Shown here: piece after piece, positions 60,801 through 64,000 of the stretch
How the letters are laid out: every line of letters starts with the position of its first letter
Numbering within the stretch: the first letter of the stretch is position 1
Source: Schizochytrium sp. TIO01
Taxonomy: Eukaryota; Protista; Bigyra: Labyrinthulomycetes
Direction: 5' to 3'
NCBI GenBank assembly: GCA_004764695.1
Contig: SMSO01000005.1
Span: 1,798,001 to 1,862,000, forward strand
DNA length: 64,000 nt
The notes under the pieces: model-generated
Seen by the model: only the letters and a program-made list of their open reading frames with translations
What the model was told of the DNA's origin: nothing
Databases searched by the model: none
Position numbers and translations under genes: made by a program

Positions 60801-61851
60801 TGGTGTTTAGAACGCGAATCGGACACACACCCTGGTATTGCTACGTTGGAAAATTAGGAGTTAGAAGAAACAAGAAAGGAACAAAGTCTGCCGTCGCGAC
60901 CGGATGTCTATGAGGGAACTATTCGGCTCGTTAGTAGTAAAGGAAAAAGTTTTTTATGTACCATTCTCATCTGGGGCTGTACTTAAATACTAGAGCGGTT
61001 GGGAGCACAAGTTTATTAATACCTCCTTAACTAACCGATCGCAAATCGCATCATCCTTGCGGCTGCGAGCGTCTCTGCGAGACACGCCGGTAAACATTCG
61101 GCAAAGGCAGCCCCATGCTAGTGACGGCGTGCTACTGCCGCTCAGAAGGCCTATGGGAGGCCGAGGAGTCAGCCTGCTAGCGTAAAGGCATGAAGGCGAG
61201 AGTAACAAAACTAACTATTAAAATCACGATGTTCGGAGCAATCCGGTGCTTCACACAAGGGCACGAAACTTTTTCATTAGAAGCTTCTAGGCGTTTTAAC
61301 TACCAAGAAGAACTAAGTAAAGACACTTTTGTCGCTTTGGGAGGCCAGATAGTCGGAAAAGAAATATATATTAAATAAAGTCTAGCACGAACACTTACTT
61401 TAATTTCTACTTGTCTTGCTTATGGCTCTCACCATTATAACAGCGACCTTGTGCCGCCCTGGGAACCAAACCTTGATTGCAGTTGCAGTTAGACAGGCAC
61501 CTGGTGAAAGTAAATACGCAGACGCAACCCGAAGGCGTTCAGGACTATCCCGACTCCCCGGATAGAAGAAGCTTGAAGGGGATCTTACGTTTATCCACGT
61601 AACAGCCTGGCTCGAGAGGCTTGAATACTCGATGCCTGGCTGCCTTTGGTCTTTTTCTTGTTGCCTACCTCGCTGATCAAGCGACTCTTTGTTTTACGAA
61701 GAGCGCGCTTGTCAAAAAGCCAGGTTTATCTGCACCTCCCGTGCGTAGGGGGAAACTCGAATCAGTTGTTCAGACATCGTTGGCTAAAAGTCCATACGTA
61801 AATCACAGATCAAACAAAGACTTGGTATAATCGCTTTGATTTTTCAGGACA

Positions 61852-63900
61852 ATGAGTTTGAGAAACAAGACAGGCTCACGAGAGGCACTACTTGCTCTTT
61901 TAGCCAGTGTGCTGCTACTCACAAATGTTGCTATCACAAACGCCATTTCCGAAAGGAGTCAGGAGATGATCGAAAACGTAATTTATCGACAAGCCGAGCT
62001 TGCTGGAGAGCTTGACCTTCTTATCTCGTCTGCTCGTGATACAGAAGTCTACGATTGGAGACGTCAGCATGATAATGTTACACCGCCAGAGGATATTTCT
62101 GGTACCGAGTCATCTGCATCCGACGAAGAAGCAAAAGCGGCTGTAGGCACGAAGCCTAACATTTTGGTATTTTTGATGGATGACCTGGGTCTTGGTGATG
62201 TCGGTTTTGGTCCTCAAACTCGTACAGAAACATACAACTCAACACCCTTTGTTTCTAGTCTTGCTCAGAATGAGGGTATGATTTTAACTCGTCACTACAC
62301 CTCATGGCACTGCTCCCCTTCACGTAGATCAATCTTGACAGGACGTATTCCTTTGCATGTGGGTGGAGATGAGCTCACTGATTTTGCTGACGATGACCAA
62401 GACATGCGCATGACGTGGATTTCTGAGAAGTTAAAAGATGCCGGATATTACACACTTTACTACGGTAAGGGCCACATTGGAACGCGTTCAATTCGCATGT
62501 TACCATACCAGCGCGGCTTTGATGAGCATCGCGGCTTTCTCGGTGGAAGTCAGACATATTATGGCTCAGGTGGTCGCTGGATGGAAAACGAGCTGGATAC
62601 AAGCAAGCTTTACAGTGCGTATTATTGGGGTAATGAAATGATGCAAAATATCAAGGCCGAGCTAGCAGAGGACAATCCTCGGCCTATCTTTCTGTTTTCA
62701 GCCATGCAAGCCCCACACACCCCGCTGAAGGCAATTCCTTCGTACAGTCGTTATGATAACGCATACGGTAGCGCAACCTATGAAAACACCTATAATGGGG
62801 AGACATTAGAGCAATTTGATGTATTGCAATGGAACATGTTTGCCGCAGATGTAGAAATTGAGCGTGTGGTCAGTCTTTTTCAAGATGACGAAGCCGTATG
62901 GAATAATACTCTTGTTGTTTTTACAAGTGACAACGGTGGCACAAGCCAAAAGTCCCCGGGTAACAATTACCCTTTGCGCGGCGAGAAGGGTACTGCTTTT
63001 GAGGGCGGATTCCGTACGCCTACATTTGTGAGTGGTGGGATTCTTCCTACCAAGCTACGTGGTACGTACAACAACAAGATTTATCACATCTCTGACTGGT
63101 ACCGTACATTTTGCAATCTTGCTGGTGTCTCTGGTGACGACGACCCGCCGATGCCCCCGATGTTCCCGAACCTGACGGCAGCAGACGTCCCCGACCCGCA
63201 ATTCCCCAACGTCACAGATCCTCTCAATTCAACTCGACAGATCAATGCCTATGGCCCTCTGAGTTTTCCCCCAGTTGATAGCATTGATATGTGGCCGTCG
63301 TTAATGCAGCCATCAAAGTATGCAACTGATGCTGTGCACCCAGTGCTTGTGCTGAGCCGCGAGAGCATTATCATGGGAGACATGAAGCTTATCATTGCTC
63401 AACCCTGCTCCATGGGCATTGAGAGTGATATTAATTGCAAGGATGATGCAAACTATGGCTGGATTGACCGTGATAACATCTTTTCTGATTATGATGAAAG
63501 TCTGCCGTGCCTGGAGAAGTTTGACAACCGCAAGGTGGAGTACTTTATGAATGGCAGTTTTACTTTTAAACCATGCCTGTTCAACGTTACAGCCGATTAT
63601 CGCGAGACTACACATATTGATGATGCAGAAACTCAAAACAAGCTTTGGAAGGCCTTAAACGACACCCTGTTGTATATGTACACCATTCGTCTCCCGGTCA
63701 TGGGAGAGTATGGTTCGACACCCTTTTTCTGCTCTGGTCCGTGCTTTGAGTACGATTATGCTCTTAGCTACTATGGAACTTCAGACACAGATCTTATGGT
63801 GCCTGCATGTGGTGTTTATCAGACGGATGACACGGGCCACAACTTTTGCCCCACAAACGGCCCTGGAGCCATTATTGTCAACGGCTCATCGATACTTTAG
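61852..63900 (+). CDS. Secreted formylglycine-dependent sulfatase (arylsulfatase B-like, S1 family)
   Basis: Signal peptide, PNILVFLMDDLG, CSPSRRSILTGR, GKGHIG, APHTP, FTSDNGG, NNYPLRGEKGTAFEGG. Confidence 0.93.
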   Translation: MSLRNKTGSREALLALLASVLLLTNVAITNAISERSQEMIENVIYRQAELAGELDLLISSARDTEVYDWRRQHDNVTPPEDISGTESSASDEEAKAAVGTKPNILVFLMDDLGLGDVGFGPQTRTETYNSTPFVSSLAQNEGMILTRHYTSWHCSPSRRSILTGRIPLHVGGDELTDFADDDQDMRMTWISEKLKDAGYYTLYYGKGHIGTRSIRMLPYQRGFDEHRGFLGGSQTYYGSGGRWMENELDTSKLYSAYYWGNEMMQNIKAELAEDNPRPIFLFSAMQAPHTPLKAIPSYSRYDNAYGSATYENTYNGETLEQFDVLQWNMFAADVEIERVVSLFQDDEAVWNNTLVVFTSDNGGTSQKSPGNNYPLRGEKGTAFEGGFRTPTFVSGGILPTKLRGTYNNKIYHISDWYRTFCNLAGVSGDDDPPMPPMFPNLTAADVPDPQFPNVTDPLNSTRQINAYGPLSFPPVDSIDMWPSLMQPSKYATDAVHPVLVLSRESIIMGDMKLIIAQPCSMGIESDINCKDDANYGWIDRDNIFSDYDESLPCLEKFDNRKVEYFMNGSFTFKPCLFNVTADYRETTHIDDAETQNKLWKALNDTLLYMYTIRLPVMGEYGSTPFFCSGPCFEYDYALSYYGTSDTDLMVPACGVYQTDDTGHNFCPTNGPGAIIVNGSSIL

Positions 63901-64000
63901 AAGTAAACATGGCGCGCATTTTTATTATCCACTCGAGAAAGCAAAGCACTTGTAAGAGGAAGCATCGACACGATAGCTCCTGGTTGTAATTGGTTGTTTT

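Noticed and set aside
1-64000. CRISPR arrays, rRNA genes, intact mobile elements or prokaryotic operons
   Set aside because: None were seen. The repeats present are microsatellites or coding tandem repeats without spacers.

Overview
Gene-dense, intron-poor eukaryotic nuclear DNA, with GTAAGT splice donors, CTAAC/CTGAC-type branch points, a tRNA-Thr(AGU) gene, and COG4, SR-beta, HDAC, RING and OTU genes. Gene content and intron style suggest a heterotrophic stramenopile such as a thraustochytrid, which is inference only. About 20 protein-coding genes are supported. The main result is absent from the ORF track: two tandem, intron-split metallothionein genes at 5.6-7.9 kb. MT-A is a 32-aa, 9-Cys soluble peptide with a palindrome-rich upstream region. 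MT-B is an 87-aa, 16-Cys metallothionein ending in a glycine-zipper transmembrane tail, so it is a candidate membrane-tethered metallothionein. Other oddities are a WD40/FN3 protein with a dynein microtubule-binding-domain-like insert, an archaemetzincin homologue lacking its catalytic motif, a MIT-like/OTU deubiquitinase, a COG0523 metallochaperone with NKLN in place of NKxD, an NBR1-like FW protein with PHHGG repeats, and a bacterial-type FabI. Three genes are broken by +1 frameshifts in short homopolymers, most likely assembly errors. All family assignments come from motif recognition by eye; no database search was run.
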